The notes: a model not told the origin generated them from the letters alone. A stretch of DNA of 64,000 nt from Octopus sinensis (GCF_006345805.1 NC_043000.1:32674001-32738000), one strand, 5' to 3'. Counted from the first letter of the stretch, positions 22,934-36,493 are shown. A program made the numbers and translations.

Positions 22934-23224
22934 ATATATACTTTTATGACCGGAAGTGAAATAACTTAACAAAAAAATGAAAATAAAAATGCTAATTATC
23001 TTTTCTCTCTTAAATAGTTTCTCTTAATCTTTTTCGTTCTGTGGAATTTCCATGAGTCCCGCTAGTATAAATATAATATATGATATAAATGTATGTGTGT
23101 GTGTGTGTTACCAATTTATTTTGTTCCGGTATTGGTTCCACAGAGTGATTACAGAACAAAACGGATCGATATAAATTCACACACAACAAAGCATTGAATG
23201 TTTATATAAAGTTCGAGCAGGCTG

Positions 23225-23261
<37 letters not shown>

Positions 23262-23345
23262 GCTGATGATGACGATGATGATGGCCGCGTAGGAAGACTT
23301 TGTTTATTCAAGCTGAAGACAAGTTTTATATCCTAGTATTGGATA

Positions 23346-23719
23346 TCTTTATATATAAAAGTGAAGTTGTGTGTCTGTCTCCTACGATTTAGATTCCACA
23401 TTTTGCGGTGCAGTTTAACCAAAACCGGGTATCTTATAGTCGTGATTCATATCGAGGCCCTTCTGAGTATTAGCGCGCGTCTACGATAAGTCTACGATTT
23501 AAAAAAAATTTACCATCATTTTTTCCATTTTAATGCATTTTTTCGCTATTATATAAGGGAAGTAACTCTCTAAAAATGTCTACGATGAGCCAACGATTAA
23601 AAAAAAATTACCATAATTTTTTATTCCATTTTTAATGCATTTTTTTGCTATAACTCACTAAAAATGCTTATATAGTTATTTCCCTTACAAATCCGAGCAA
23701 CGCCGGACGATACTGCTAG
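23346..23719 (+). mobile_element. Non-autonomous Helitron
   Basis: 5' A|TCTTTATATATAAAA, subterminal hairpin tccg-agcaacgc-cgga, 3' CTAG|T, internal ~90-bp direct repeat, no TSD. Confidence 0.85.
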
Positions 23720-24770
23720 TATAATATAACGAAGAAAGGGGTAAGAAAGTATATACAACGCTCTGTATGAAAGGCTCACAGTGAACTGTTAACAGCACGA
23801 ACTCCTGATGACTCGCCAGTTCTTTGTTTTATAACAACGAGACAGTCCACCTTTAGTCACTTAGGGGGTGGTTGGAATCCTTCCACAACATCTCCCCTTG
23901 CTTAAGAATCAGTCTCTCCTATCTTCTCCCCTTTTGAAAATTGAACTCTGCTCCGAGTTTTAATATCTCTTACACTCAGAGTTCAATTCCAGTGGGGAAA
24001 AAAAATCAGCACATTCTCTGATTTTATTATCCCTTTTCTTAACGAACATACTTGGTGCTGCCCATTCAGAGTATCCCACTTTTAGGATAACTCCAGTTTT
24101 TTTCTAGTCTCTTTAACTCTATCTGTTTTAACACTGCGAACGGTATAGTTCGTTTGTGTTAAATACTGGTATGGCGTATTCTTTTATTTGAAACCGTGGC
24201 TTCATTTTAATGCACAGTCCTAACTTATCATAGAGAACTTCAGGGAAAATATAATTTGGCTGACGACTTTTTGTACCGGAGGAAAAATCATTTACATTTT
24301 TACAGAAAAGATTTATGGGAAGGTCCCATAAGTTCAACAATTCCATTCAGTCAGTACCGAACAAGTCTGTTGTATTATTTAACACAAACACTTTTAGCCT
24401 TTAAGGTTTTTTTCACGAAATGTAATGTTACTTATCAATTCGCCCTTAAAATGTAATTGTTTTCCTGGCTTCTCTGAGTTGACAAATAGATAGGGTGAAA
24501 GTTGTAGTGGCCGTGCGATGACAATCGATAACCAAAAGGAGAGAAAGAGATGCTTTTCGGATAGGTGCCGAGTGACCAAAAAGATAGAATCGATTTGCGG
24601 TACCGTATTTATATTTATTCTAATACATTCAGTCAGGTTTAAGTGTGGCAGTTGACTTTCATTAATTTCTAGGTGCAAAAGACGAGAATAGTAGGAAAAG
24701 AACTGGTCGAAAAATGTATATTCGGTTTTGAATCCTGGCTAAGAATCTAGGAAGTTATTCGTTACGCACG

Positions 24771-24801
<31 letters not shown>

Positions 24802-25109
24802 CACACACACACACACACAGACACACGCACGCGCACGCACGCACGTACGCACGCACGCACGTACGGACGCGCGCGCGGACTTTTAAGCTCTGCCTTTCCA
24901 ATAAAGATATCTAACATCGTCTTTAATCAGTGCTGTTGGGATGTGAATATATTCAACAAGAAGTGAAGTGGAACAGCAACTGTTCTGCTGGAACCGAGGT
25001 GGCCATATTTCTTGCCATGACCGCCACCACCAAGATACATACATGTAATAGAAATAAAATGAAGTCGGAGAAAATAGAATGCGCTTATAATGCAAAGATC
25101 TAAAATTGT

Positions 25110-25475
25110 CGGCAATGATTAGGGCAGCGGACTCGCGGTCGGAGGATCGCGGTTTCGATTCCCAGACCGGGCGTTGTGTGTTTATTGAGCGAAAACACCT
25201 AAAGCTCCACGAGGCTCCGGCAGGGGGTGGTGGTGACCCCTGTTGTACTCTTTCGCTCCAACTTTCTCTCATTCTTTCTTCCTGTTTCGTGTCCCCGACT
25301 TCCTACGCAACCTGGATGCGCATTCATCCATCCGTTGATGCTCTCGGTGTCGAGGGTTGACCTACTTTCTCTTCTGCGGGTCTTACGAATAGCAAAGAAC
25401 CATGTTTCAGACGTCTCCCATCTTGCGAGCTCTGGGACGAAGACCGTTCGCTCAACAGCAATAGCATTCACATCC
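25110..25475 (+). mobile_element. tRNA-derived SINE (ttagggcagcggactcgcgg family) with alternative 3' tail
   Basis: Head and body match 28632/49356 up to ...cttcctgtttc, then diverge completely. Confidence 0.75.
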
Positions 25476-26234
25476 TTTACAAATGCTCGATTTTTCAATT
25501 AATGATCATTTCTTTTTGTATCTCTTGGCTCTTACGCCTAAAAACTACGTTTCTAGAATATAATTTTAAGAATATTCTATAAAATAATTTTAGTGTATAA
25601 AGAAATTCTAACAAAAGATTGTGAAATCCTACGTTAATGGGAATCGGACATCAAATTGTACGGTAACTCGGCAGATCTACGACCATGGCAAATGGCAAAA
25701 ATAAATCTTATTGAGATGTCAAGTTTGAATGATTGTTATAAATGAAAAAAAAAAAAATTCGTTTGGCGACATTTTCCAGCGATGCATAGTATGGACTTAA
25801 ATGTAACTTAAGAGGGGAGATTTCTGAAAGCTCCAGACCTCACACATTTGATTAATCCGATGTTTTTTCCCCTTCTTCTGCGCTACACTAAGAAAGAAAA
25901 TACAGATAAGTGAAATGTGTCCGATATCTATACGTGCAATATTTCATCCTCATTTATTCCATAAAACTGTTTACATTAACACATAAAATAAAGAGAATAA
26001 TGGCGGTAAAGATGATGACAATAGCCATAATGGTGTGGGATAATAACGACGAATGACGATGATAAATATGATGGGAGGAAATAAAGATTCAGTTAAGAAT
26101 CAGAAGGCATCAATGGCGTCGTTTATTTCGTCAATTGACAGTATATGTTATTTCTCATATTTAAACTGACAGCTGTCATAAGACAAACGCAACACAGGAA
26201 ATATAGGAGGTAAATTTCTAATAGCATACGCACT

Positions 26235-26274
<40 letters not shown>

Positions 26275-26709
26275 TACTGAGCGTAAAATGAAAGTAAGAC
26301 GAGAAAACCTAAGAATCGGTTGACAATATTAAATAAATGGTGGTGGACGAGCAGAGAAGAAAATACATTGTGGTATTTAGTTACGAACGTTTATATCATT
26401 AGTTCGATTCCGATTGAGGATTATATTGCTTTTTGTCCTGCGAAGTCGATAGAATAAAATGTGTGTGTGTGTGTGTTTCCCGAACTTTCAGTACCTTTCC
26501 TCATCCCCATAACCAGTATTCCTCTTGTGTTCCTACACATGTCCCTCATCACAATCTCATCCCCCAAGGTTTCCACCTCCATTTCCACCCTACCTCCCAT
26601 TCTGCTTCTGCCATCTTACCAATACTTCGCTCCACTTCCTGACGCCTCATGCGTGCCACCATTCGTTCTAATCTCGCCAAAATACACACCCTTGACCGCC
26701 TTTTCTCTC

Positions 26710-26885
26710 AGTTGTAATCCAACATCAGACCGTTACAACGTCCACTCCGGTAAATCAGTATAGTTAGTTAGATAAGTAAGACACGGCTATCTATGACCGA
26801 CCCGGCTGCACGACGTCACAGTATTTGTAACGACTAACACATACCACTCGTCACGTGGGCGGGGTGTTCCATTATTATTATTATT
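26710..26885 (-). mobile_element. Partial LTR homologous to 30074-30250
   Basis: gttgtaatcc...cagtatagttagttaga...cgacgtcacagtatttgtaacgact...gtgttccattattatt aligns with the 30074 LTR at roughly 80-85% by eye. Confidence 0.7.
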
Positions 26886-26999
26886 CCCACAACAGCTTCC
26901 CTTTTAAGTTTTCATTTTTATTTTATTTATTTCTATTAGTTTGTCCCCTCTGTGTTTAGCCCCTTGTGGGTAATAAAGAAATATATATACTCAGTGGAC

Positions 27000-28440
27000 G
27001 ATTGAAGTGGGGTCTGGCCAGTGGCGATACGAAATTTCATTTTCAATCCCTTGTGTGAATTTTTGTGTGAAGAAGGCGAGAGCTGTTATTGCTGTTAATA
27101 TTATTGTTGAAGCGTATCGCGCGTGCTACTTGCTGCTGTTGTTGCATTTTGCTGCCCCCCCCCTATTTTGGGTGAAAAGAGAAGCGTAGTCCCTCCGATA
27201 TGGAAAGCTACGCAAAAACCGCTGCGGCGAGAACAGCCGCGCCATTGGAGGCAAAGCAGATTAGTGTCAATATGGAAGAAATTCTGAGAAGCGAGCAGTT
27301 AATAAGAAAGGAGGGAGATACTATTAAATTGATCCCTCCGATAGAGACTACAAATGATAAAAGTTGGAAAACGGTGGTGTACAGACAGAACACAAGCGGT
27401 CGCCACCAACAAGGTAGAGAGAGTGACGGAAGAAGAAATAGAAGAATGTTTAGGTGAGATTGTAAAGAAGGCAACGTTCTTTGGCAGAAGAAGAAGATTT
27501 GGTACGTTGGAGGTGAGGTTTGCCACAAAAGAAGAGGCGGCCTCACATTCCACCACCATTCTGAGGACAGAGAAGGTGGCGCTGTTACTCCCTTACAAGG
27601 GAAGGCGCAGTGTCCGAATCAGGATACCAAGGGTACCACCCGAAATTAAAACCGAGTGGTTGGTTGCAGCTGTTCTGGCTGCAACCGCGGACGACCCCTG
27701 AGCTGGGACCAGTTGGAGAGACGAAAAAGTTGAACTGGGTTTGTCAGCCCCCAAAGAAGGAAGAAATCTAAGGAAAGAGAGCATTCAGTAGAATGCAAGA
27801 AAGGTAAGGAAAGACTTGGAGCCAAAAATATGCAAGAGAGAGAGGAAAAACAATAGAAGAACTATAAGGGTGCCTTGGTAGAGTATGAGAAGAGTGTGGA
27901 TGCGGAAAGAAAAAATGCGAAATGGAAGAGCCTGGTGAGAGTGAAGCTGTCAGGAAACAGTTTTGATGCAGAGGATAGAGGTATTATGATACCTGATGAA
28001 AAGTATGAGAGATTCATGGATGCATTTATTGGACATATAAAAAAATGATACAATGGTTTTGGTTGTATGAGATGCCACCTTCTGTAGTTGAATACAACGT
28101 GTTGAAAAGAATGGAGTTACCAAAGTAACAGAACTTTTAATTTGAATAAAAGGAAAGCTGGAAAAAATAATAATATTCTAATGTAACCTTTGTGAAAAAA
28201 GGGGAAAAAGGCTGTCAAAAAATGTATACATGTAGACTTATTTTTATGAAAAAGAGAAAAAACTGTCTAAATGTAACCACTCGACTTCGGGGTTCGAGTG
28301 GGCTTTGCGCCTCATTTTCATTCTTTCATATTATCATTCGTTTCTCTTATTTTTTCTACTTATTTCATCTCCTTTTTGTAATTTTTAGTCCCCCAAGTTT
28401 ATGCTTGTTGCGTTTTGTATTGTCTTTATGCTTTGTATTT
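27000..28440 (+). mobile_element. L1/Tx1-like LINE deletion derivative (frameshifted ORF1 relic joined to a 3' end)
   Basis: ORFs 27200-27457 and 27354-27701 read together as MESYAKTAAA...FGTLEVRFATKEEA...KGRRSVRIRIPRVPPEIKTEWLVAAV, an RRM-like ORF1p pattern. No RT is seen. Hairpin ccactcga/tcgagtgg at 28277-28301. Confidence 0.5.
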
Positions 28441-28469
28441 GTCGAGGAGCTTCTATGTGTAGCCTTTTA

Positions 28470-30418
28470 AAGGTAACAACAAATTAGAAATGTTACATTA
28501 CACCCAAATTCACCCACAAAATACAATCTTTTACCCGTAACGCCGTCTGCTGCTTTTCTAGATTTACTTAACCTCGGCTCACCGATATACTTCCACGTTT
28601 CTTCATTCTCAATGGTAATATTACTTCCAGTGTGGAGGCGCAATGGCCCAGTGGTTAGGGCAGCGGACTCGCGGTTTCGATTCCCAGACCGGGCGTTGTG
28701 AGTGTTTATTGAGCGAAAACACCTAAAAGCTCCACGAGGCTCCGGCAGGGGATGGTGGTGATCCCTGCTGTACTCTTTCACCACAACTTTCTCTCACTCT
28801 TACTTCCTGTTTCTGTTGTACCTGTATTTCAAAGGGCCGGCCTTGTCACTCTCTGTGTCACGCTGAATATCCCCGAGAACTACGTTAAGAGTACACGTGT
28901 TTGTGGAGTGCTCAGCCACTTACACGTTAATTTCACGAGCAGGCTGTTCCGTTGATTCGGATCAACCGGAACCCTCGTCGTCGTAACCGACGGAGTGCTT
29001 CCATTACTTCCAGTATCGAATTGCATTTTTACTTGTATATTTTTAATTTTCACATTTACGAATTTCCTCTTTGTCACGTAACCATTTTCTTTTGACAACA
29101 TCTCACTTATTCATTCTTCTTTGTTCTAACGTTTTGTCATCTTGGTTTTGCAGTGCGCTTTTACATGTCCAATTTTTCCACAACGGAAACATTCTACTTT
29201 CTTAAATGGATAGTTTATTTCCTCAGGTGTAGACCTCCTGATGCAAAACACGGGTTTGTTTTCTGATTTTTGTCCTGTTTATACTGTATACACTTGATTT
29301 CTATTCTGCCTGTTCGGCACTTGTTTCTCTTTGGAGCAATCTTTATGTTCTAATTTTCTCTGCGTCGTCCCTTAGATTTACAATTCTTTCACACTCTTCA
29401 GATACTTGTTGTATCTGGTTTTGTTCCAGCTTAGCGAGAATTCTTGTTCTAATTTCTGCGTCTTTTTCTGCAGTTAGTCCCTGAGTAAATATCAGACACT
29501 TGAACATACCTGGCGTTAATTCGTCCAATTTGAACTTTTCCACATTCTCTGTTAACTCTACCAGCAAATGTGATGTATTGAACAACGAGCTTTTATCACC
29601 ACATGTCTGTTGTATTTCTAAAGTTTATGTCAAAGAGTTTTTTCGGGAATACGTAATTGCTGTGACGCTCATGTTCTGCCGCCAGTTTTCGTAGAATTTT
29701 GGCGCGCTTTCATATCGTTCTGCCAAATTTTGCACTCTTAATCGAAGATCTGTTCGTGTCTTCTGTAGTAGGCCTCGAAGGTAACTCCTTCGTCTGGTTC
29801 ATACTTAAATTCCGTTATTAAGTTTTTAACATAATTTGGCGAGAACATTTTTCAGCATTTTTGGATGACTTATTATTCATTAATTGCAGCATTTGTTGTT
29901 ATAACAGTAATTGTTGTTGTTCTTGAAGTTATTGCTGTTGCTGTTTTTGCAACTCGTGCAAACCGGCCAACAAATCTTCCATAGTTTTACGATTTTGTAT
30001 ACCGTAAAATTCGCACAAAAAACTTTTGTGAGTTTCGTAACTCCTTGTGAGTTTGTTAATTCCTGATCGTCACTGTTGTAATCCAAGATCGGACTGTTTT
30101 AATGTCCATTCCTGTATAACAGTATAGTTAGTTAGACACGTGAGACACGACTATCTAAAACCGATCCCCGACTGCTCGACGTCACAGTATTTGTAACGAC
30201 TAGCACATACCACTTGTCACGTGGGAGAGGTGTTCCATTATTATTTTTTATCCTCATAACACCCTTTCGCTTATTCCACCTTATTTTCCTGCTGCATACC
30301 GTCCGTTGCTTCATCCTCCACCTAAACCATCTTCTTCACAACTTTCTTGCTTGCACTAAACAAGATAAACTCCACTCACTCTTTCATCCCGTTCCACCAG
30401 ACACCACTATATATACAT
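28470..30418 (-). mobile_element. Gypsy-type LTR retrotransposon relic (5' LTR, gag with zinc knuckle, protease), 3'-truncated
   Basis: LTR from TGTTGTAATCC at 30074 to ~30418 and a decayed PBS-like gtgacgatcagg. gag reads TEFKYEPDEGVTFEAYYRRHEQIF...ILRKLAAEHER with CFRCGKIGHVKAHC (CX2CX4HX4C). Protease reads KMQFDTGS|NITIENEETWKYIGEP. Multiple stops. Confidence 0.85.
28632..29002 (+). mobile_element. tRNA-derived SINE, full length, 12-bp TSD
   Basis: TSD attacttccagt at 28620-28631 and 29003-29014. Near-identical to 49356-49740. Confidence 0.92.
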
Positions 30419-30642
30419 ATATAGCTAGTTATAAAATATCAAGGAGAGATAGAGTAGTAACGCATATTGAACAGTAAAGCGAGTAGCCACATCAAAGTGG
30501 CAGATGAATGTTACTGCTAGTTTAACCCCAGTCGGATTCTCCGCCAACTGGTTTTCTGCACCCTTTATATACAATATATCGCTAGCAAAAGAACATATAT
30601 CCGAAGGAAGAAGCACACTCTACGATATAGAGCAGTATATAT

Positions 30643-30849
30643 TTAAAATGGGGAAGGCCGGTTTATAGGATTGCCTTAGATTTCCCTCCATAAAGGGTTT
30701 AGCTTTATGGCGTATCGTCAAATCCCAAAACTTGTTGGCCCAAGAGGCCTTGGGCCAACGGGTTTTGGAATCTGACGATACGCCATAAAGCTAAACCCTT
30801 TATGAATGGAAAACCTAAAGTAATTCTAAAAACCAGCCTTCTGCATTTT

Positions 30850-30852
<3 letters not shown>
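30643..30852. repeat. ~210-bp imperfect palindrome (MITE-like)
   Basis: cataaagggtttagctttatggcgtatcgtca...ttggcccaag aggc cttgggccaa...tgacgatacgccataaagctaaaccctttatg. Confidence 0.85.
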
Positions 30853-30909
<57 letters not shown>

Positions 30910-31019
30910 CACACACACACACACACGCACACATGATGGCCTCTCCCACCGAAGACGACTTATGAGCGTTCAGCTTGTGCCGAACGTGTTGCACAAATTA
31001 CTTGTTTCCAGTGATCAAA

Positions 31020-31225
31020 TGTTCGTGCCGCACATTAACTCACTCCCTCCATCAAATCGACCTTGTCTGGACAGAAGCAAGGTGTACCACGCATCAGGTG
31101 TCGAAGTGATCTCAGAGCAATGTGAAATAAAGTGTTTTGCCCAAGAACACAACGCACGACCCGGTCTAGGAATTGAAATCCCGATTGCTAGATTGTGAGT
31201 GCAACACCCTAACCACTAAGCCATA
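31020..31225 (-). mobile_element. CORE-type tRNA SINE, diverged (another copy at 58990-59217, -)
   Basis: Minus head tagtggttagggtgttgcactcac, then gcgttgtgttcttgggcaaaacactttatttcac (CORE-like). Confidence 0.7.
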
Positions 31226-31231
31226 TAGTTC

Positions 31232-31415
31232 AAATTTATAGAAAGCAAAAGACGAAGACAAGTCAGGGAAGAGCAAGCAGGTGCGTTAGTTTAACGCTCG
31301 GGAAGAATGGAAAAGACTTTGACGATTCGAGCCTACACCCTTCGACAGAAAGGGACGAGAGAGAAAGAAAATGGAGAGAAAACGGAAAAAAAAAAACGGA
31401 GAGAAAAATGTGTAG
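31232..31415 (-). mobile_element. Family H1 copy (core CUGUCGA, GAAUC, GUC triplet)
   Basis: Homologous to the other H1 copies. Confidence 0.7.
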
Positions 31416-31814
31416 GAATTAACGGTTTAACATGATGAAATATTCTCTAGCAATTCTAGAAATAATACCGGCCACAGATGTTACGATCGCAGGTCGTACC
31501 TAATTGTCGCGCTGAAAAACGGTGTCCTACAGCTGTCACGATTATGCACCGCCGATACTGCTGCGATTGGAATAGAAATTGATTTGATTTCATTTGATTA
31601 AAATAAAAAAAAAAGAAGAAAATTGCCGTATTTTCAGATGTACAATTGTGATTTACTAAGTTCGCTATTTTGATGGTGGGTTCTAGTTTATAGAACTTGA
31701 AATGAATATATTCGATGAAAAAAAGTATCGATCAAGTGTGACGTGATAAATTAAGTTCTTGGAGTAGTGGAGTGGGACATCTAAATACTTGTCACCGAGA
31801 AAGAGCCGGAAGAA

Positions 31815-32235
31815 ATGCCTATTTCTTTACTACCCACAAGGGGTTAAACACAGAGAGGACAAACAAGGACAGACAGACGGATTAAGTCGATTATATCGAC
31901 CCCAGTGTGTAACTGGTACTTAATTTATCGACCCCGAAAAGATGAAAGGCAAAGTCGACCTCGGCGGAATTCGAACTCAGAGCGTAACGGCAGACGAAAT
32001 ACCTATTTCTTTCCTCCCCACAAGGGGCTAAACACAGAGGGGACAAACAAGGACAGACAAACGATTAAGTCGATTACATCGACCCCAGTGCGTAACTGGT
32101 ACTTAATTTATCGACTCCGAAAGGATGAAAGGCAAAGTCGACATTGGCGGAATTTGAACTCAGAACGTAACGGCAGACGAAATACGGCTACGCATTTCGC
32201 CCGGCGTGCTAACATTTCTGCCAGCTCGCCGCCTT
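31815..32235 (-). mobile_element. MetaSINE-type head-to-tail dimer
   Basis: On the minus strand, a full unit then a headless unit. Each ends aagaaatagg(t/c)atttc. Confidence 0.85.
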
Positions 32236-32347
32236 CAGCCGGAAGAAATGCCGCGAAGGATTTTGTCCGACATAGTCACGATTCTATCAGTTCGCCGCCT
32301 TAAACACATAAAATGTATCTGGGGTTGTGTTATTTTGTGTGTCCCTA

Positions 32348-32540
32348 AGGCAGTGAACTGGCAGAATTGTTAGCATGTCCGGACAAAATGCTTAGCAGTA
32401 ATTCGTCCGTCTTTACGTTCTGAATTCAAACTCTGCCGGGGACGGCTTTGACTTTCATCCTCTTGGTGGTCGATAAAATCTAATCGACACACACCCCGCC
32501 CCCGAAATTGCTGGCCTTGTGCTAAAATTTGAAACCAATA
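32348..32540 (+). mobile_element. MetaSINE-type SINE (tail B), diverged
   Basis: Head aggcagtgaactggcagaa, tail gaaattgctggccttgtgctaaaatttgaaacc. Confidence 0.75.
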
Positions 32541-32700
32541 ATTTGCGTGTCCTTTCTTCTATACAAGACAAAAGGGAAAAGGAACATTTGAAAGGGGATT
32601 TGACTGTTATTTCTAGTTACTCAAACGGCCTCGTTGTGGCGACGTCAGGGAATTGTTTTACGACTGATGATAAGCTGTTGCTTTGTTTCTCAAACATTAT

Positions 32701-32735
<35 letters not shown>

Positions 32736-33677
32736 AATTGAATTATTTATACCTGGACACCTGACCGACTTTTGTTAATGCACTTAACCAGGAACCATGA
32801 CACCCACACCCACACACACAACACGCTGACACCCACCCAAAATACACACACACACACACACACACACTGTGCTGCGTATTCTTACATCAGCGCTAAGTGT
32901 CAGGGTTAGATTGGGACAAAAATTATCGCGGGTTTTGTTATCTTAAACTTATTTAATTCAATAAACTTTTATTAAACCCGAAGAATTTCGTCCATCACAC
33001 GACGAGTAACTTTTGCGAGTAAACTTTTCCTACCATGGGGGAATATCAGGAAATACGGCAAACTTCCAATAATTTTAATTTAACTCTTATCAAGTTTCTT
33101 GAAGCTTATACAAAATGATAAAATGAATTCTAATTCTCCAATAGATAAAGAAATAAATAAAATCCTAAAATATAATTAAACAGAACAATGCTTTACATAT
33201 TTATTTTTAATATATTCCGGCAGATTCGAACGCGAATATGCTAATCGCTGTCCTAAAATGTCTACAGAGAACAACTTCTCATTTCTCGTTTGTATAACTC
33301 ATCCCATAAATACTCACCTCCTTCTCCTCCCCCTCCTCCTTCTCCTCCTCCTCCCCATCCCCCTGCTGCTCCTCCCCCCACCCTCCTCTTCCGACTCCAC
33401 CCTCCTCCTCCTCCTTCTCCTCCTCCCTTCCTCCTCCGGTCACTTCCTGCATTCGCGACGCTTCATGGAAGTTTCAGTGATGGAGTTCTTCACCTCGATG
33501 GTATCAACATGGAATCAAAGAACTGGCAGAAAAGGTGGCTTCAGACGCTGCAACACGATGGCCTCCATTTTGAATGCCAAGCCGTTTTTCTTGTAATTTG
33601 ATGAGCAAAGCAAATAAGTTACCAAAATATTCCAAACTTTTGACTCAGCACAGTATGTATGTATGTATGTATGTATG

Positions 33678-33711
<34 letters not shown>

Positions 33712-34769
33712 TGTATGTATGTATGTCTGTCTGTCTTAGTCGAGAAACCACATTGACTTACAATCTTCGAATCTAGAGGTATGTACCAACGCCATACATT
33801 TTCTCCGATACTCTACCGATTCCACTTTATTGAATTAAATAGCTGACAATATTTAATTGATTCTATGTTACGTGTTCAAATCTAACCGGAGTATTTGCTC
33901 AATTCAGCTTCGACTGCCATTGCTCCGGAGTTGATAAAGCGTGTACCGGGCCTCAAGTTCTGCTCTGCCCCTTTTCAGGAAATCTATGGATCGTAAGGAA
34001 TTTTGATTTGTTTGATTTCCTCAGGAACTGGAATATAAGGATTCTTCTGAACGTTCGACATTCTAAATCCCTCTCATTGTTAATCTCTCATAGAAAACTG
34101 TGTCCAGATATGGAGACAAAGATTCCAAATTAGAACTGTCCCGAGATATTCAAGATCTCCAGGACGTCTTTGGTTCAATGAAACCCTAACATACATATTG
34201 TTCATCGTTTAGTAATTCTTTAAATAATTTCTTTACCTATTGTGTCCGTTCCCAGGAAAACAAGGGTTAACTTGTTCCTTTAGCTTTGGTTTTAAATCGA
34301 CAATTGTGAAAGAAATTTGATTTGATGCTGATCTCAACTAATGTATCTTTTGTTGGAAAATAAAAGAACTAGAACTCAATAAGCAGCATAAATGCTCACA
34401 AGGTCGCTTTTACGGTTGTTCATCAGCAAATCGATTAGATTTGAAGTATTGTAATTTAAACATTAAAGCAGAAACCGACGTGTAGCAACTTGAAAAAAAA
34501 AATGGTTTTGACGTGTGGCAGCTTGAAGAACTTATTGTAAATGGAAGAGAAAGAAATCTAGCCACGACATTAGAAAGTTCATTTCGCTTTTGGTGGTTCC
34601 GTGTTCGTTCCTGTGCCATCTCATCATCATCGTGTACAGTTTATTTGTCGTTTACCAAACGTGTGATTAGAATCTCGTAAATGGAATTTGTTAGACAGAA
34701 ACTGGGTTAAAGTTTGCTGCGTGTCTATCTATATAAGCAAACGTACACACACACACACGCACACACGCG

Positions 34770-34802
<33 letters not shown>

Positions 34803-34820
34803 CACACACACACACACACA

Positions 34821-35815
34821 CGGTATCGTCCAAGAATATAGACGCAATTTAATTTATATTTATTTTTAGATTTAAACCATCAGAAGTAAAGAAGGATGCC
34901 AGACTAAGCTTTGTGCACGGGAGATTTCTTTGAGAGTGTTACTCGAAGTTTGGAAACATTGCAGATGTGCAAACATAATTTAGGAGGGAGTCTCAAAGAG
35001 ATCCACCTACGCGACTTACCCATCATTCGAATTCGAGATAAGTTTGAAACAGAAAATGGAGATGTTCAGAATGTCCAGAAGAGACATCGACGTGTCCCAC
35101 AAAGCAAGAAATGTGCTGGAAACGTATTGCCAGAGTTCAAGAAAGTCTGTGCGGCAAACGAATTTTGAGACAGGAATTTCAAAATCAAGCGTCGTTCGCA
35201 TTTTGAAATGTTGTGCAAAAGATGAACACTTCCCAATAAGGATTACATTTACCTGGGACCTGTAACAATTACATTTACCTGGGACCTGTCAATCAACATA
35301 TTACGGAGAAACATCACATTAATTGACTGTATGGTGCGGCTTATTATCAAAGAGATTATCCGGACCAGTTTTTGCTTTTAACGGTACTGTGGCTGGTTCC
35401 ATTTCTATGAACTTGCAGCGACAGACATGCCAAGCGTATATGAAATCTTTGAAGATGTAAAAGCCTACTTTGATGAGGTTTTGCCAAACAGGTCGTTTGG
35501 ATGAAGGGGCTCAGTAGAATAGCCTCCACATTTACACCTCTGGACCTTTTTTGATGGGGATACTTAAGGGATAAAGTTACCGAAGGTAACTATTGAAAGA
35601 GAAAGTTCATAAATACCGAGCGAAATGTTTCCTGATATTTTCGACACAATTGCTCCGCGTTATTAGCAATGCCTCTCTCTGCAAGAACGGTCATCAGTTT
35701 GAAAACAGGCGTTCATGGAAAAAAATCGAATTCTGTTTCTAGATTTTATGAAATGTAATTTTTTTTCAATCTGCAGAGAAAAGTAAGTTTGACAAAATTG
35801 TATATCTACTACATA
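34821..35815 (+). pseudogene. Decayed Tc1/mariner transposase, probably rosa (DD41D)-like
   Basis: Fragments IIRIRDKFETENG, VLETYCQSSRKSVRQTNFETGISKSSVVRILK and PP..FTPLDLF*WGYLRDKV, similar to WPPRSPDLTPLDFFLWGYLK. Many frameshifts and deletions. The right TIR is not convincing. Confidence 0.65.
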
Positions 35816-35817
35816 GG

Positions 35818-35856
<39 letters not shown>

Positions 35857-36227
35857 ACACACACACACCACACACAACCCACACACACACACACACACCA
35901 CACACTCACACACACACTCAATGAAGGAGAAGGGAAACCAAGTAATGATATATTGAATATATTTGATATGCGTGTTTCAGATAATGGTGCAATGGATTAA
36001 AAGGGAATTCCAAGTCTTACGGAGAAACCTTCCTCATTCAAGACAAAATATAAACAAATTGATGGGATTCGCCCTTCATATGTATGATGGGGACACACAA
36101 ACAGCACACTGTAATTAGGATTTGGAGTGGTTGGTTCTTTTCGACTCGAGTCGGAAATTCTGGTGACGTGCGTCGCTTCTAAGCATGACACGAAATATAT
36201 ATGTGTATAATATATATATATATATAT

Positions 36228-36269
<42 letters not shown>

Positions 36270-36292
36270 AGACCCTTCTGTCCGGCACTAGT

Positions 36293-36493
36293 CGCCATGA
36301 TAGATCGTTAGCCACTACACACATTTTTTCTCTCCTTGTTTCTCTCCTGTTTGTTCTGTGTCCCTTTCTGTAGAAGAGCGTAGGCTCAAAACGTAAAAGA
36401 CTTTTTCTATTCCCGAGCGTTATACTAATACATCTGTTTGTTTTGTACACACCACCTGTCTTCGTCTTTTGTTTTTTTCGTAAACTCTCCCTA
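36293..36493 (+). mobile_element. Family H1 copy (core CUGUAGA)
   Basis: gccatgatagatcgttagcc...cctttctgtagaagagcgtaggctcaaaacgtaaaagac...gtaaactctccc-(TA)n. Confidence 0.85.

Noticed and set aside
23035-23066. Possible third Helitron 3' end (gtggaa-t-ttccat hairpin then CTAGT)
   Set aside because: No matching 5' TC terminus found, so it was not listed as a feature.
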